A DNA stretch of 64,000 bases from Nitrospirota bacterium (lineage in GTDB: Bacteria; Nitrospirota; UBA9217), in the NCBI GenBank assembly GCA_963749655.1, contig CAVVOB010000016.1, positions 106,177-170,176 on the forward strand, read 5' to 3'. The position numbers and the translations under genes were made by a program. Shown in pieces: positions 51,621 through 62,084 of this stretch. The notes below the pieces were generated by a model. It searched no databases. It saw only the letters and a list, made by a program, of their open reading frames with translations, and was not told the DNA's origin. The first letter of the stretch is position 1, and the number at the start of each line of letters is the position of its first letter.

Positions 51621-51833
51621 CCATGCCGACGCCGTGTTAACAACCGACAGAACTTCATCCCTGTGACGGAGGACTTGCAGTACAGGGCGCCACGTTACAT
51701 AAGCCGGGATCCAGCCCTTCCCAGAAACCGCTGGATTCCCGGCCTTGCTGCCGTCGTCAAAAACCGTTTTATTTGCAGGCCATCCCCTCTTCCTTCTATT
51801 TTGACCGATACTTATTTGTGGTAATATGCCTTC

Positions 51834-54272
51834 ATGGAAACCAAGAAAGCCGTCATCCCCGTCAAAGGCATGACCTGCGTGAACTGCGCAGCTGCCATCC
51901 AGAAGGACATTTCAAAGCTCGTCGGCGTAAAGACCGCGAACGTGAACTATGCGAACGAGAAAGCGGTGGTCGAGTTCGATCCCGGCGCTGTCGGCCTGGA
52001 ACCTTCATTCAAGCATCCAGGAATCGGGCTACCAGGCGGTTATCGAAACCGATAACGATCCCGGTCCTCGACCTCGATGCTTCCCGCACCAAAGAGCTGG
52101 AAATCGTCTCTGCCCTGGACGGCGTGCTCAAGACCGTGGTGAACGCACGCTGCGAGCCGTTGAGGTCGAGTACGTCCCCGGCCAGCTCGGGCTGCGGGAC
52201 ATCAGGCGGGTGATCGAAAAGGCCGGGTTCCGCCTTCCCGCCCAGGCAGAGGGCCGCTCGGCACTCGACATCGAAAAAGAGGCGCGTGAGCAGGAGCTGA
52301 CCGCGCTCAGGAACAAGCTGATCTTCAGCGCGGTCCTCTCCGTGCTCGATCATGATCGGCAGCTTCCAGGACATGCTGCCGGGCATCACCCTCCTGCCGC
52401 AGCAGACCATGTGGTATATCCTCTTTCGTCCTGTGCACGCCGGTCCAGTTCTGGGCAGGACGGCACTTCTACCAGAATGCCTGGGCCTCGCTCAAACACG
52501 GCAGCACGAACATGAACACGCTGGTCGTGGTCGGGACGACTGCGGCCTACGGATACAGCGCGGTGCTCACCTTCTTCCCCGCTCTTCTCGGACACCACGC
52601 AGCCCACGGCGGAGCCTATTACGACACGGCAGCCATGATCATCACGCTGATCCTGTTCGGCAAGTATCTCGAAGCCCGCGCCAAGACGCGGGCCGGAGAG
52701 GCGATCAAGAAGCTCATGGGACTCCAGCCGCGCACCGCACGCGTGGTGCGTGAAGGCAGGGAAACGGACATCCCCATCGAAGAGGTCGAGGCAGGAGACC
52801 GCATCCTGGTGCGGCCCGGAGAAAAAGTGCCGGTGGACGGCGTGATCCGCGACGGTTACTCCTCGATCGACGAGTCCATGCTGACCGGCGAAAGCCTGCC
52901 GATCGACAAGAAGATCGGAGACCCCGTTATCGGCGCAACGATCAACAAGACCGGAAGCTTCACCTTCGAGGCCACCAAGGTCGGGCGCGACACCATGCTT
53001 GCCCAGATCATCCGCATGGTCCAGGAGGCCCAGGGCTCCAAAGCCCCGATCCAGCGGCTCGCGGACTACATCTCGAGCATCTTCGTGCCCACGGTCATCT
53101 CCATCGGGCTCGTCACCTTCGGCGTCTGGTATCTCTTCGGACCTGCGGAAACGCGGTTCACCTTCGCGCTCGTGAATTTCATCGCGGTCCTGATCATCGC
53201 CTGCCCCTGCGCCATGGGGCTCGCCACGCCCACGGCCATCATGGTCGGCACGGGCAAGGGCGCGGAGCAGGGCATTCTGTTCAAGAACGCCGAAAGCCTC
53301 GAACGGGCACAGAAGATCGATACGATCGTGCTGGACAAGACCGGCACGCTCACCCGCGGCGAGCCGACGGTGACGGACGTTCTCAGGGACGGCATGAGCG
53401 AACAGGAATTCCTGTTTCTCGCTGGGTCCGCGGAAAAGGGTTCAGAGCATCCGCTGGGAGAGGCCATCGTGCGCTATGCCGCTGCACGGGGCATCGCGCT
53501 TGAGCAGGCCGACGAGTTCGAAGCGCTTCCCGGCCACGGGATCCGGGCGGTCATCAGGGGCAGCCAGGTCGTTCTCGGGAACGAACGGCTGATGGCGGAC
53601 CGAAAGATCGATTTCGGATCTTTCCAGGCACAGGCGGAAAAGCTCTCCGCCCAGGGAAAGACTCCCATGTTCGTCGCCGTGGACGACAAGGCGGCCGGCA
53701 TCATTGCTGTCGCCGACACGGTCAGGGAGCATTCGAAGGAAGCCGTGGCAGGGCTCCAGGCTATCGGCCTCGAGGTCGTCATGCTGACCGGTGACAACAA
53801 ACGGACGGCCCAGGCCATCGCCGATGAGCTCGGCATCACCCGGGTTCTGGCCGAGGTGCTTCCGCAGGACAAGATGGATATGGTGAAGAAACTGCAGGCC
53901 GAGGGCCGCGTCGTGGCCATGGTCGGCGACGGGATCAATGATGCTCCTGCCCTGACCCAGGCCGACGTGGGCATCGCCATCGGCACGGGCACCGATGTGG
54001 CCATCGAGGCATCGGACGTGACGCTCATCAAGGACGATCTCCGCGTCGTCGCATCGGCCATGCGGCTGTCGCGCCGCACCATGCAGACCATCAGGATGAA
54101 CCTGTTCTGGGCGTTCTTCTACAACGTGATCGGCATCCCCGTCGCCGCCGGCGTTCTCTATCCGGCCTTCGGTGCTGCGGGGCTCCTGAACCCCATGTAC
54201 GCCTCGGCGGCCATGGCCTTCAGCTCCGTGAGCGTGGTGTCGAATTCGTTAAGGCTGAGAAAGTTTCGATGA
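51834..54272 (+). CDS. copA: Cu(I)-translocating P1B-type ATPase (frameshifts in the 5' part)
   Basis: [47 protein letters not shown]. Confidence 0.92.
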
Positions 54273-54319
54273 CTTAATTACATCGCACACTTCGTGCTTT
54301 ATGCAGGCAACTGGTTCCT

Positions 54320-54775
54320 ATGAAATTCATCGCCGATGTCATGCTGGGCAGGCTGGCAAAACGGATGAGGCTGCAGGGGTTGGATGTTCTGTACAGCAAT
54401 TCGCTGGAAGACAATGACATCCTCCGCCTCTCGCTGGAACAGGACCGCATGATCCTCACGCGGGATGCAGGCCTTGCAGAACGTCCCCTGGCAGCGCAGC
54501 ATCTATTCATCGACAGCGACCGCGTCGACGAACAGATCGAGCAGGTCCTTGCCGCATTCCCGACCGAAATGCTCCATCCCCTCACCCGCTGCTCCGTGTG
54601 CAATGAGACGCTCTCCGCGATCAGCAGGCACGATGCCCGCGATGCCGTACCTCAATACGTCTATGAACGGAACGATCGTTTTCTTCGCTGCAACCGGTGC
54701 GGGAGGGTATATTGGAGAGGAACCCACGTGGACAGAATGATGCAGGGAAAAGAGCGACAAAAAAGGCCGGCATGA
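54320..54775 (+). CDS. Mut7-C RNase domain protein
   Basis: KFIADVMLGRLAKRMRLQGLD, LTRD, RCSVCN, CNRCGRVYWRGTH. Confidence 0.88.
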   Translation: MKFIADVMLGRLAKRMRLQGLDVLYSNSLEDNDILRLSLEQDRMILTRDAGLAERPLAAQHLFIDSDRVDEQIEQVLAAFPTEMLHPLTRCSVCNETLSAISRHDARDAVPQYVYERNDRFLRCNRCGRVYWRGTHVDRMMQGKERQKRPA

Positions 54776-54794
54776 AAAACCATGCCGGCCCTTT
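54760..54794. terminator. Probable bidirectional terminator between convergent genes
   Basis: AAAAAGGCCGGCATG-AAAAAC-CATGCCGGCCCTTT hairpin. Confidence 0.7.
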
Positions 54795-54811
54795 AAGAAA
54801 GCAAGGACGAA

Positions 54812-55363
54812 TCATATAAAATGGTAAATCAAACCGAAATCAACAGTCCTTACATCACCATCTCTCTTTGGTGTGGAATCGAACGACACGCTGGTTGTGG
54901 TCCATCCTGCCTGGATCGAAAGTTCTTTAAATAGATACAATTCAACGCCGAATCCCCATTGGAATCCATCGCTCTTCACGGACGACGGCTTGGTCGATTC
55001 GTAATGGGCATAGCCGGCCATGAGATACGGTTCGAGCGTCATGACCTGCGCGCTATCAAGACTCGTGAGAGGAAAACTCAACTTGACGTCACCCGCGACG
55101 CTGTTAAAATCCGTTGAAGATGTTCCCGGCAGATTTTTAATATCGTGCTTGGTTTTCGAATATTTCCCTTCGATCGAGACATATTGATTGAATCCCACGC
55201 CTGCCCGCAAACCCCAGCCCGTGCCTGAATCCACATTCGTTCCGGCATCACCGGAAACCGATTCCACAGGTATGAACGCGCCGAGATAAAATCCTTCCTT
55301 TGCCATGACCGGTGCGGCGAACAGCAGACATGCTGCAACTGCGAGCAACAAGACTTTCTTCAT
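54812..55363 (-). CDS. Outer-membrane beta-barrel protein (OmpA-like TM domain)
   Basis: Signal peptide ending VMA, GFYLG, alternating beta strands, C-terminal FGLIYHFI. Confidence 0.85.
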   Translation of the reverse strand: MKKVLLLAVAACLLFAAPVMAKEGFYLGAFIPVESVSGDAGTNVDSGTGWGLRAGVGFNQYVSIEGKYSKTKHDIKNLPGTSSTDFNSVAGDVKLSFPLTSLDSAQVMTLEPYLMAGYAHYESTKPSSVKSDGFQWGFGVELYLFKELSIQAGWTTTSVSFDSTPKRDGDVRTVDFGLIYHFI

Positions 55364-55403
55364 GATACGCTCTCCTTTCGGAATGTCAGAATTTCGTGGT
55401 CAA

Positions 55404-55431
55404 ATCATAGCAAAAGCTGAACGGTTGTCAA
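55404..55431 (-). promoter_or_regulatory. Sigma70-type promoter of the OMP gene
   Basis: Minus strand TTGACA-16 bp-TATGAT with extended -10 TGn. Confidence 0.6.
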
Positions 55432-55512
55432 GCACAATTGCTGCTCCCTGCAGCGCGTTGCGGGAAGTGCACACTCCGGGATTCCGCAAGACGTCGTCGA
55501 AATGGCTGGAAG

Positions 55513-56481
55513 CTATTGTGCGGAGCCGGTCTGGCCCGAAAGAGGAGCTAGAGGAGTTGCGGGGGCCGGCGCAGCAACCGGGACCGCAGAGGTGGTCTGT
55601 GTCGGCGCGCCAGCCGGCGCGGCAGTCGTCCGAGGCTGCTCCTCCCAGGAAGGCGGCGGCGACGGGGACTGGGCAGCGGGCTGCTGCTGCGCAGCGGCCG
55701 GACGCTTTGGTTTTGCCGGTCGGGATATTTCAGACTGCATCTTGCGGCTCACGATGCCCGCGGCGGTAATGGTAAGGTCCCTGACCACGGCGGTCTTGGG
55801 TTCGTCGATGACAAGGTCGGTTCCATTTAAGGTCAACTTGAGCGCTCCCGCTGCGCCGAAGCTCAGCAAAAATCGCTCATCTGCGCTCCAGATCAGGCTC
55901 TCGCCTTTGTTCAAAACCGCCTTTTTCTGGGGACTTGAATCGGTCCGGATCAGCAGCCAAGTATTCTCAAGCGCGACCACTTCCAGATAAAGCTTATCCG
56001 GCTGGGCCGTGGGAACGGGTGTTGAGGTGATCTCCGTGCTGATCGTCGGCTGTTGTTGCGTAGCCGGCGATTTTTCCTGCCGATGCCGGCCCGGCAGCGC
56101 GGTAAACAGGAAGATGAGAAGAACGATGACGATGCCGGCCCCCCAGATAAAGGGTTCGAGGGGCAGCTTTTCGGACTTGCTTTTCTGCTCTGCTTCTTCG
56201 GTCGGAAGTGGGGCGACAGGAGCGGCTGCGCTGGCAACCGCCGGTTTTTTCGGACTCATTTCCGAATATTTCTTCAGTACCTCCACTTCGTCAAGGCGAA
56301 GAAATTTAGCGTAGTTCTTAAGAAATCCTTTGACGAAGACCTCTCCGGGCAGACGGGCAAAGTCCTCGGCCTCAAGCGCCTTAAGGTACTGTATGCTGAT
56401 GCGGGTCTGCTGGGCTGCATCGCGGAGATTGATTCCGAGGGCCTCACGCGCATCCTGCAGATATTGTCCTAACGTGCCCAT
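55513..56481 (-). CDS. rodZ: RodZ-like protein (HTH, TM, DUF4115)
   Basis: LGQYLQDARE, TRISIQYLKALE, FVKGFLKNYAKFL, TM, C-terminal GAAGALKLTLNG. Confidence 0.85.
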   Translation of the reverse strand: MGTLGQYLQDAREALGINLRDAAQQTRISIQYLKALEAEDFARLPGEVFVKGFLKNYAKFLRLDEVEVLKKYSEMSPKKPAVASAAAPVAPLPTEEAEQKSKSEKLPLEPFIWGAGIVIVLLIFLFTALPGRHRQEKSPATQQQPTISTEITSTPVPTAQPDKLYLEVVALENTWLLIRTDSSPQKKAVLNKGESLIWSADERFLLSFGAAGALKLTLNGTDLVIDEPKTAVVRDLTITAAGIVSRKMQSEISRPAKPKRPAAAQQQPAAQSPSPPPSWEEQPRTTAAPAGAPTQTTSAVPVAAPAPATPLAPLSGQTGSAQ

Positions 56482-56484
56482 CCG

Positions 56485-57228
56485 TCACCTCGTGATTTTC
56501 AGATAATCATTCGCCTTGCGGGCGTATTCACTTTTCGGTGCCAGCTGAACGGTCTTTTGAAATTCAACGGCAGCCGCCTTTTTGTTGCCGTCCTTCAGAA
56601 GCGCCACGGCATAACTGTACCGCATGCCTGCGTTCTGCGGCGCCAGTCCCACGCCTTCCCGAAATTCGGCGACTGCTTCCTTGATCCTTCCAGCCTCGTA
56701 AAGTGCCGTGCCGAGTTCCAGGATAATGAAATCCTGGTTGACGAACTTCTTCGCATCGCGGTAGGCTTCTACGGCTTTCCCGTAGTCTTTTTGGGCCATA
56801 TAGACGCGCCCCAGGTTCAGATAAGGAACGTGCGGGGTGGTGTATAGTTTGTTGCCCAGCGCCTTTTTATAATTCTTGATCGCATCGTTCCACTTCTGTT
56901 GTTTCGAATAAACCGCGCCCAGTGCATTGTAAGCTTCGGAAAAGTCTCCGTCCAGACTGATCGCTTCGCGGTAATATTTAATTGCCTCTTCCGGCTTTTC
57001 CTGAAGGTCGCTGATGATCCCCAGGAAATAAAACGACATCTTATTAGAGCTGTCCGTTTGGACGGACCGGTTGAATTCAACGGATGCCAGCTCAAGGTTC
57101 TTTTCCTGAAAGTACGCGAGTCCCTTCTGAAAGTACCCTTGGGCCATTTTTTCCTTGCTGACGGTGTTGCTGCCCGTGGTAACGCAGCCCGTCAGAACAA
57201 GTAAAAAGACCGCCACCCATGTCCTCAT
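56485..57228 (-). CDS. TPR lipoprotein, PilF/PilW/Tgl pilotin-like
   Basis: Lipobox LTG|C, TPRs (FSEAYNALG, LYTTPHVPYLNLG), upstream of rodZ. Confidence 0.78.
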   Translation of the reverse strand: MRTWVAVFLLVLTGCVTTGSNTVSKEKMAQGYFQKGLAYFQEKNLELASVEFNRSVQTDSSNKMSFYFLGIISDLQEKPEEAIKYYREAISLDGDFSEAYNALGAVYSKQQKWNDAIKNYKKALGNKLYTTPHVPYLNLGRVYMAQKDYGKAVEAYRDAKKFVNQDFIILELGTALYEAGRIKEAVAEFREGVGLAPQNAGMRYSYAVALLKDGNKKAAAVEFQKTVQLAPKSEYARKANDYLKITR

Positions 57229-57243
57229 AGTGCGAAGCCCCCC

Positions 57244-58422
57244 TTAAAACGACGTCAGCAGTCGCGCAAGGGATTCCCGGTCCCGGCTGACGACGCCGGC
57301 TGCTGCCTGGGATTCCCTTTTGAGCGACGTCATCGGTGGTTTAACAATGCCGGCCTCGATGGCCGTCTGCATGATGTTCTGTTTCTGCTTCTGTTTCGCA
57401 GGTACAGCCCCCGCAACGCTCCGTGCGCCTGCGGGACGGGCACCTGGCTTCCTGCCCGCGCCCGGGACGGTCCTTTGAGCTTCGGGATTCTGCTGCGATT
57501 GATACGTCTGGCCGCTTTTTTCCAGGCTCTCTTCCTGAACCTCGACCTCAGGATTGAAGACCACTTCCTGCCCGGGCCGTTCCGTCGGTTGGGGCGGATA
57601 AGGCGCCTGTGGGCGCTGAGGTGCATATCCGTTCTGCGGCACCTGGGGCGGCGCAGCCGAAGGAACCTGCTGCTGTTGCTGAACCGGCGCATGCGGCACT
57701 TGCTGAGGCTGCTGGGCATAATAAGCCGGCGGGGTGGGTTGCTGTGTCGGTTGAGGCGCTGGTGGAATATTATGATTCTGCTGAGGAGCCTGCGCAACCG
57801 GCTGCTGTTGCGGCGGCGGCAATATTATCGGCTGCGACTGCGGAGGATATGCCGCCGGAGGCGTCTGCTGCGTCTGCGGAGCGTAATAAGCGGGTTGGGC
57901 CGGCTGAGGCGTTTGCGGGGCCGGAGTTGTATACGTCTGCTGAGGAGGCTGCACAGTCGGGGCCTCCTGCGCTTCCGCCACGGGCGCGGGTTCCGGAGCA
58001 ACTTCAGCAGGTTGCTGATCAGCGGCTTTTACTTCCCCCGTCTTTTGAGAAAAGATATCCTGCTTGTCGATCCACGACCGTTTGTCTTCGGAGGACGACT
58101 TCGAAAAATCCGCTTCATCGATCAGCGCGCCGAGTCCTTCCACGAATTCGAGCGCTTCCTGCGAAACCGACTCCATTTCACTTTCCGGGAAAGTATTGGT
58201 CGAGTGGGCATAAAACATCTTCCTGCCGGTCGTGAGCAGATGGAGAGCTATGTAGGACGATATCTTTCCGTCCCCTTCACGGAAGAACAGAATATAGCTC
58301 CGCGCTTCCTCCAGCATCATTTCGGGCGTTGCGACCTGGTGGTTGTTCATGGAAAAAAACGCCTTGATCAGGTTCTTTTCCCGGATCTTGATGTCGGTTA
58401 TAGTACTGTCGATCGTGAACAT
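57244..58422 (-). CDS. Hypothetical protein with folded N-terminal domain and Pro/Gln-rich linker
   Basis: N-terminal domain (SMN..QVA, EALEFVEGLG), long PQ-rich tract, terminal LARLLTSF; co-oriented in the operon. Confidence 0.75.
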   Translation of the reverse strand: MFTIDSTITDIKIREKNLIKAFFSMNNHQVATPEMMLEEARSYILFFREGDGKISSYIALHLLTTGRKMFYAHSTNTFPESEMESVSQEALEFVEGLGALIDEADFSKSSSEDKRSWIDKQDIFSQKTGEVKAADQQPAEVAPEPAPVAEAQEAPTVQPPQQTYTTPAPQTPQPAQPAYYAPQTQQTPPAAYPPQSQPIILPPPQQQPVAQAPQQNHNIPPAPQPTQQPTPPAYYAQQPQQVPHAPVQQQQQVPSAAPPQVPQNGYAPQRPQAPYPPQPTERPGQEVVFNPEVEVQEESLEKSGQTYQSQQNPEAQRTVPGAGRKPGARPAGARSVAGAVPAKQKQKQNIMQTAIEAGIVKPPMTSLKRESQAAAGVVSRDRESLARLLTSF

Positions 58423-58444
58423 GGGCGTGTCCCGTTCCCTCGGG

Positions 58445-59353
58445 CTAGATATCCTCGAAATGCGTGAGCTTCTTGAACTCGCGGTACCTGCCTTCGATCT
58501 CTTTATAGTCCAGGCTCCTGATCCGGTCGAGGCTGAAGGCCTCGACGTTCAGGGAGGCCATGACGCTGCCGAAAATGACGGCCTTTCTCATGCTCTCCTC
58601 GGAAAAGTTCAGGGTGCTCGCCAGGAATCCCATAAACCCTCCTGCGAAGCTGTCCCCCGCCCCGGTGGGATCGAAGACCGTTTCCAGCGGATAGGCGGGC
58701 GCGCTGAACACGCTGTGGCCGTTGAACATCAGAGCGCCGTAGCTCCCCTGCTTGACCACGATCGCTTTCGGTCCCATAGCCTGCACGCTCCGGGCCGCTT
58801 TCACGAGGCTTGCTTCTCCTGCAAGCTGCCGGATCTCTGCTTCATTGATGGTGAGCAGGTCGACTTCCTTCAGCGTGCGCTTGAGAGCCTCCGCTTTGCT
58901 CGCGATCCAGTAGTTCATCGTGTCGCAGGCGACGAACTTGGGCTTCTTCACCTGCCGGAGAACGTCAAGCTGGATATCGGGGTCCACGTTCGCCAGGAAT
59001 ACAACGTCGGAATTTTTATAGTCGTCGGTGATCGCCGGCTTGAACGTGGCCAGAACATTGAGATGAGTGGCAAGGGTCTGGGCCTCGTTCAGGTCGTAGC
59101 CGTATTCGCCCCGCCAGCGGAAGGTCTGCCCTTTCTGGATTTCAAGGCCGCGCGTATCGATGTTCTTGCTTTTAAGGAACTGGACATGCTCCTTGGGGAA
59201 ATCCTCGCCGATAACGGCGACGAGGCGCACATCGGCGAAATAACTGGCAGCGGTCGAAAAATAGGTGGCTGATCCGCCAAGGGCGTTCTCGACCGTCCCG
59301 AAGGGGGTCTTGACTGAATCCAATGCTACGGTACCGACAACGAGCAAACTCAC
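58445..59353 (-). CDS. PfkB family carbohydrate/nucleoside kinase
   Basis: LGGSATY, DTMNYWI, VVKQG, DPTGAGDSFAGGF. Confidence 0.92.
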   Translation of the reverse strand: MSLLVVGTVALDSVKTPFGTVENALGGSATYFSTAASYFADVRLVAVIGEDFPKEHVQFLKSKNIDTRGLEIQKGQTFRWRGEYGYDLNEAQTLATHLNVLATFKPAITDDYKNSDVVFLANVDPDIQLDVLRQVKKPKFVACDTMNYWIASKAEALKRTLKEVDLLTINEAEIRQLAGEASLVKAARSVQAMGPKAIVVKQGSYGALMFNGHSVFSAPAYPLETVFDPTGAGDSFAGGFMGFLASTLNFSEESMRKAVIFGSVMASLNVEAFSLDRIRSLDYKEIEGRYREFKKLTHFEDI

Positions 59354-59381
59354 GAATGAACCTCCTCAGAAAATTCATGTA

Positions 59382-59467
59382 ACCACGGATGAACACGGAT
59401 GGACACGGATAAAAAAAGAAACGTTTGCTGGTTTATATCTTGTCTTTAACCTTGTTAATCTGTGGTT
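59382..59467. repeat. Inverted nonamer-arm element, copy 2
   Basis: AACCACGGATGAACACGGATGGACACGGAT...TTAATCTGTGGTT. Confidence 0.7.
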
Positions 59468-59477
59468 AAAAACCCCG

Positions 59478-60365
59478 TCACTTATTCTTCATGTACTTCC
59501 CGATGATCGGCGCAAGGTCCTTCTTCGTCTTTGCCGGGATCAGCTTCGCCGGGGTCATGATCGTGTTCCGGAGCGAGTCGCCGCATGTGCAGCCGCGTGA
59601 ACGCCCCAGTATCTGCACCGCTTCACGGATCATGGCCTTCGAAGTTTCTACGTTGTGCTTCATTACGGCAAGAACTGCCTCGACGGTCACGGCCTCTTCG
59701 CTGTGGTGCCAGCAGTCATAATCCGTTGCCAGGGCTATGGTACTGTAGCAGATCTCGGCCTCGCGCGCGAGCTTTGCCTCCGTTGCGTTCGTCATGCCGA
59801 TCACGTCCACGTTCCAGGTGCGGTAGAGCATCGATTCGGCGCGCGTTGAAAACTGCGGGCCCTCCATGCAGATATACGTCCCTTTCCGGTGGACCGTGGC
59901 GCCGACGCGCAGGCCGGCGTCGATCAGGACGGCGCCGAGCTCGGCGCAAACCGGATCGGCCATTCCCACGTGGGCGACCACGCCGTTGCCGAAGAATGTG
60001 CTCCTGCGGTGTTTCGTATGGTCGTAGAACTGGTCCGGGATGACGATGTCGCCGGGCTTTATTTCTTCCTTCATGCTGCCGACTGCGCTCACGGAAAGGA
60101 TCCGTTCCACGCCCAGTTTTTTCATGCCGAAGATGTTCGCGCGATAATTGATGTCCGACGGCATGATGCGGTGGCCGCGGCCGTGCCGGGGCAGGAACGC
60201 GACCCGCTTTCCGTAAAGCGTGCCGATAATGTACTCGTCCGACGGCTTTCCGAACGGCGTTGCGACCCTGACCGTGCGCACCGCCGTCAATCCTTCCATC
60301 TCGTAGAGACCGCTGCCGCCGATGACGCCGATGCTTACCGGTTCGGCTTTGGAGCTTTTTGCCAT
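59478..60365 (-). CDS. mtnP: S-methyl-5'-thioadenosine phosphorylase
   Basis: IGVIGGSGLY, FLPRHGRGH, EGPQFSTRAES, IGMT, ATDYDCW. Confidence 0.94.
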   Translation of the reverse strand: MAKSSKAEPVSIGVIGGSGLYEMEGLTAVRTVRVATPFGKPSDEYIIGTLYGKRVAFLPRHGRGHRIMPSDINYRANIFGMKKLGVERILSVSAVGSMKEEIKPGDIVIPDQFYDHTKHRRSTFFGNGVVAHVGMADPVCAELGAVLIDAGLRVGATVHRKGTYICMEGPQFSTRAESMLYRTWNVDVIGMTNATEAKLAREAEICYSTIALATDYDCWHHSEEAVTVEAVLAVMKHNVETSKAMIREAVQILGRSRGCTCGDSLRNTIMTPAKLIPAKTKKDLAPIIGKYMKNK

Positions 60366-60455
60366 TGGGGATGTATCCTTTTTTCTTCGAAGGGATGCGG
60401 ACCGGCGATATCAGCCGTCCGTCGGCACATGACTGCGATGATCACCACGGACGTT

Positions 60456-60722
60456 TCATGCCTGCACGGCGCCCTGTTCGGGCTCTTTTTTCATGTCCGG
60501 GTGATCCAGGAGTTCTACGGGTTTGTCAGGGATGATGGTGGAGATGGCGTGTTTATAAACGAGCTGCTGGTTTTCCTGCTTGAGCAGGATGACAAAGTTG
60601 TCGAATCCCTTGATCATCCCGGTGAGACGGGCGCCGTTGACCAGATACATGGTGACCGGAATCTTCTCTTTGCGCATCTGGTTCAAAAAAATGTCCTGAA
60701 GATTCACCTGCGACTTGCCCAT
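60456..60722 (-). CDS. hfq: RNA chaperone Hfq
   Basis: [36 protein letters not shown]. Confidence 0.96.
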   Translation of the reverse strand: MGKSQVNLQDIFLNQMRKEKIPVTMYLVNGARLTGMIKGFDNFVILLKQENQQLVYKHAISTIIPDKPVELLDHPDMKKEPEQGAVQA

Positions 60723-60796
60723 CCGCTCCTCCGTGATGCGGTCACGAACCCTGCAGCGTGCTGTGATCGGTCCGCAACAAAATAATTTTTGTTATC

Positions 60797-61744
60797 TTAT
60801 ACCAACAAATTCGGAATTTCAACGTTTTTCTTTATTTGTGCCGCGATTTCCCGGGCTCCTTCGAGCCCGGTGATGTCCACCCAGACGGCAGAGGGCTCGC
60901 GCCGGAACCAGGTGAACTGGCGCTTGGCAAAACGCCTGGTGTCCCGCTTGAGCAGAGAGATTGCTTCCTCCCGCGTCGTCGCACCCCGAAAATGATCGAC
61001 AAAGTGCTTGTACCCGAGCCCCAGCATGGACGGCATATCCGGGCTGAATCCCCGGTCTACGAGCTCCCTGACTTCCGCTTCAAGACCGGCATCAATCATC
61101 ATGTCGACACGCCGGTCGATGCGGGCATACAGCTCCGCGCGGTTCCTCGCCAGGAAGACCAGATGAAAGGCGTGCGTCTTCTCCTGGAACGCATGCTCGC
61201 GCTGGTAATCCGACAATTTCCTGTCCTTCAGATAGAAGACCTCCAGCGCCCGGACGGTACGCCGAAGGTCGTTGGGATGAATTTTAACAGCTGCCTCGGG
61301 ATCCACGTTCACCAGGTCGGTATAGAGCGTGCCCGGCTGCCCTTCCGATTCCCGCAGCAGCAGCCGCTCGCGCAGTTCGACATCCGCCGGCGGGCCGTGA
61401 AACAGGCCCCGCATGAGCGCCCGGATGTACAGTCCCGTCCCCCCCACGACAATAGGCGTGCCGCCCGAGGATATGATGCCGTCGATCGCCGCGCGCGCAT
61501 CGCGAAGATAATCGCCGACGCTGTAGGGTTGATTCGGCTCGACAATGTCGATCATATGGTGAATGACCTGACGTCGCTGCTCCCGCGAGGGCTTTGCCGT
61601 TCCGATGTCCATGCCGCGGTAGATCTGCAGGGAATCGGCGCTCACGATCTCGGCGCCCATCTCCTGAGCAAGGAAAAGGGACGCGTCAGTCTTGCCCACA
61701 GCGGTCGGTCCGGCTATGATGAGTACGGCTTTGTCGATGGTCAT
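60797..61744 (-). CDS. miaA: tRNA dimethylallyltransferase
   Basis: GPTAVGKT, SADSLQIYRGMDIGTAKP, VGGTGLY, FAKRQFTWF; likely start MTIDK at 61744. Confidence 0.95.
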   Translation of the reverse strand: MTIDKAVLIIAGPTAVGKTDASLFLAQEMGAEIVSADSLQIYRGMDIGTAKPSREQRRQVIHHMIDIVEPNQPYSVGDYLRDARAAIDGIISSGGTPIVVGGTGLYIRALMRGLFHGPPADVELRERLLLRESEGQPGTLYTDLVNVDPEAAVKIHPNDLRRTVRALEVFYLKDRKLSDYQREHAFQEKTHAFHLVFLARNRAELYARIDRRVDMMIDAGLEAEVRELVDRGFSPDMPSMLGLGYKHFVDHFRGATTREEAISLLKRDTRRFAKRQFTWFRREPSAVWVDITGLEGAREIAAQIKKNVEIPNLLV

Positions 61745-61749
61745 AATGT

Positions 61750-61871
61750 TAGTGGAGCCCCCCTCGGCATCCCGACCTGTCGGGACTCTAAATCCTGGCG
61801 ACCTCCGCCTGCACCCGGCGTTTACGAGTGCGGATGCACGGAGTGCTAGGTGGAACTGCAAACTCGCGCAT
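61750..61871. repeat. 122-bp dispersed structured repeat, copy 2
   Basis: Near-identical to 47074-47195; ends 5 bp before the miaA ATG. Confidence 0.9.
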
Positions 61872-62084
61872 GCGTGACATATTCGTGTCATGCGCGAGTG
61901 AGCGGATAGAATTATCCTTGTCCGCTGCTCCTTCTCCTTCAAGGAGAAGGACGGGATGAGGACGGGTTTCTCCACCCCCGGCAGGGAGTGTATAAACCGG
62001 GGGGTGCCAAGGCGCGGGATTGCACGGCCTCCCCTGTCTGTTCCTGCGTCTTCCCGGGCAAGATTCCCTACGAGAGCAAGAATA

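Noticed and set aside
51780-51833. CsoR or CueR operator upstream of copA
   Set aside because: Only a weak TAC...GTA symmetry, not enough to call.
61745-61975. N-terminal extension of MiaA in the 392-aa ORF
   Set aside because: The extension is a translation of the repeat element; MiaA homology begins at MTIDKAVLIIAGPT.
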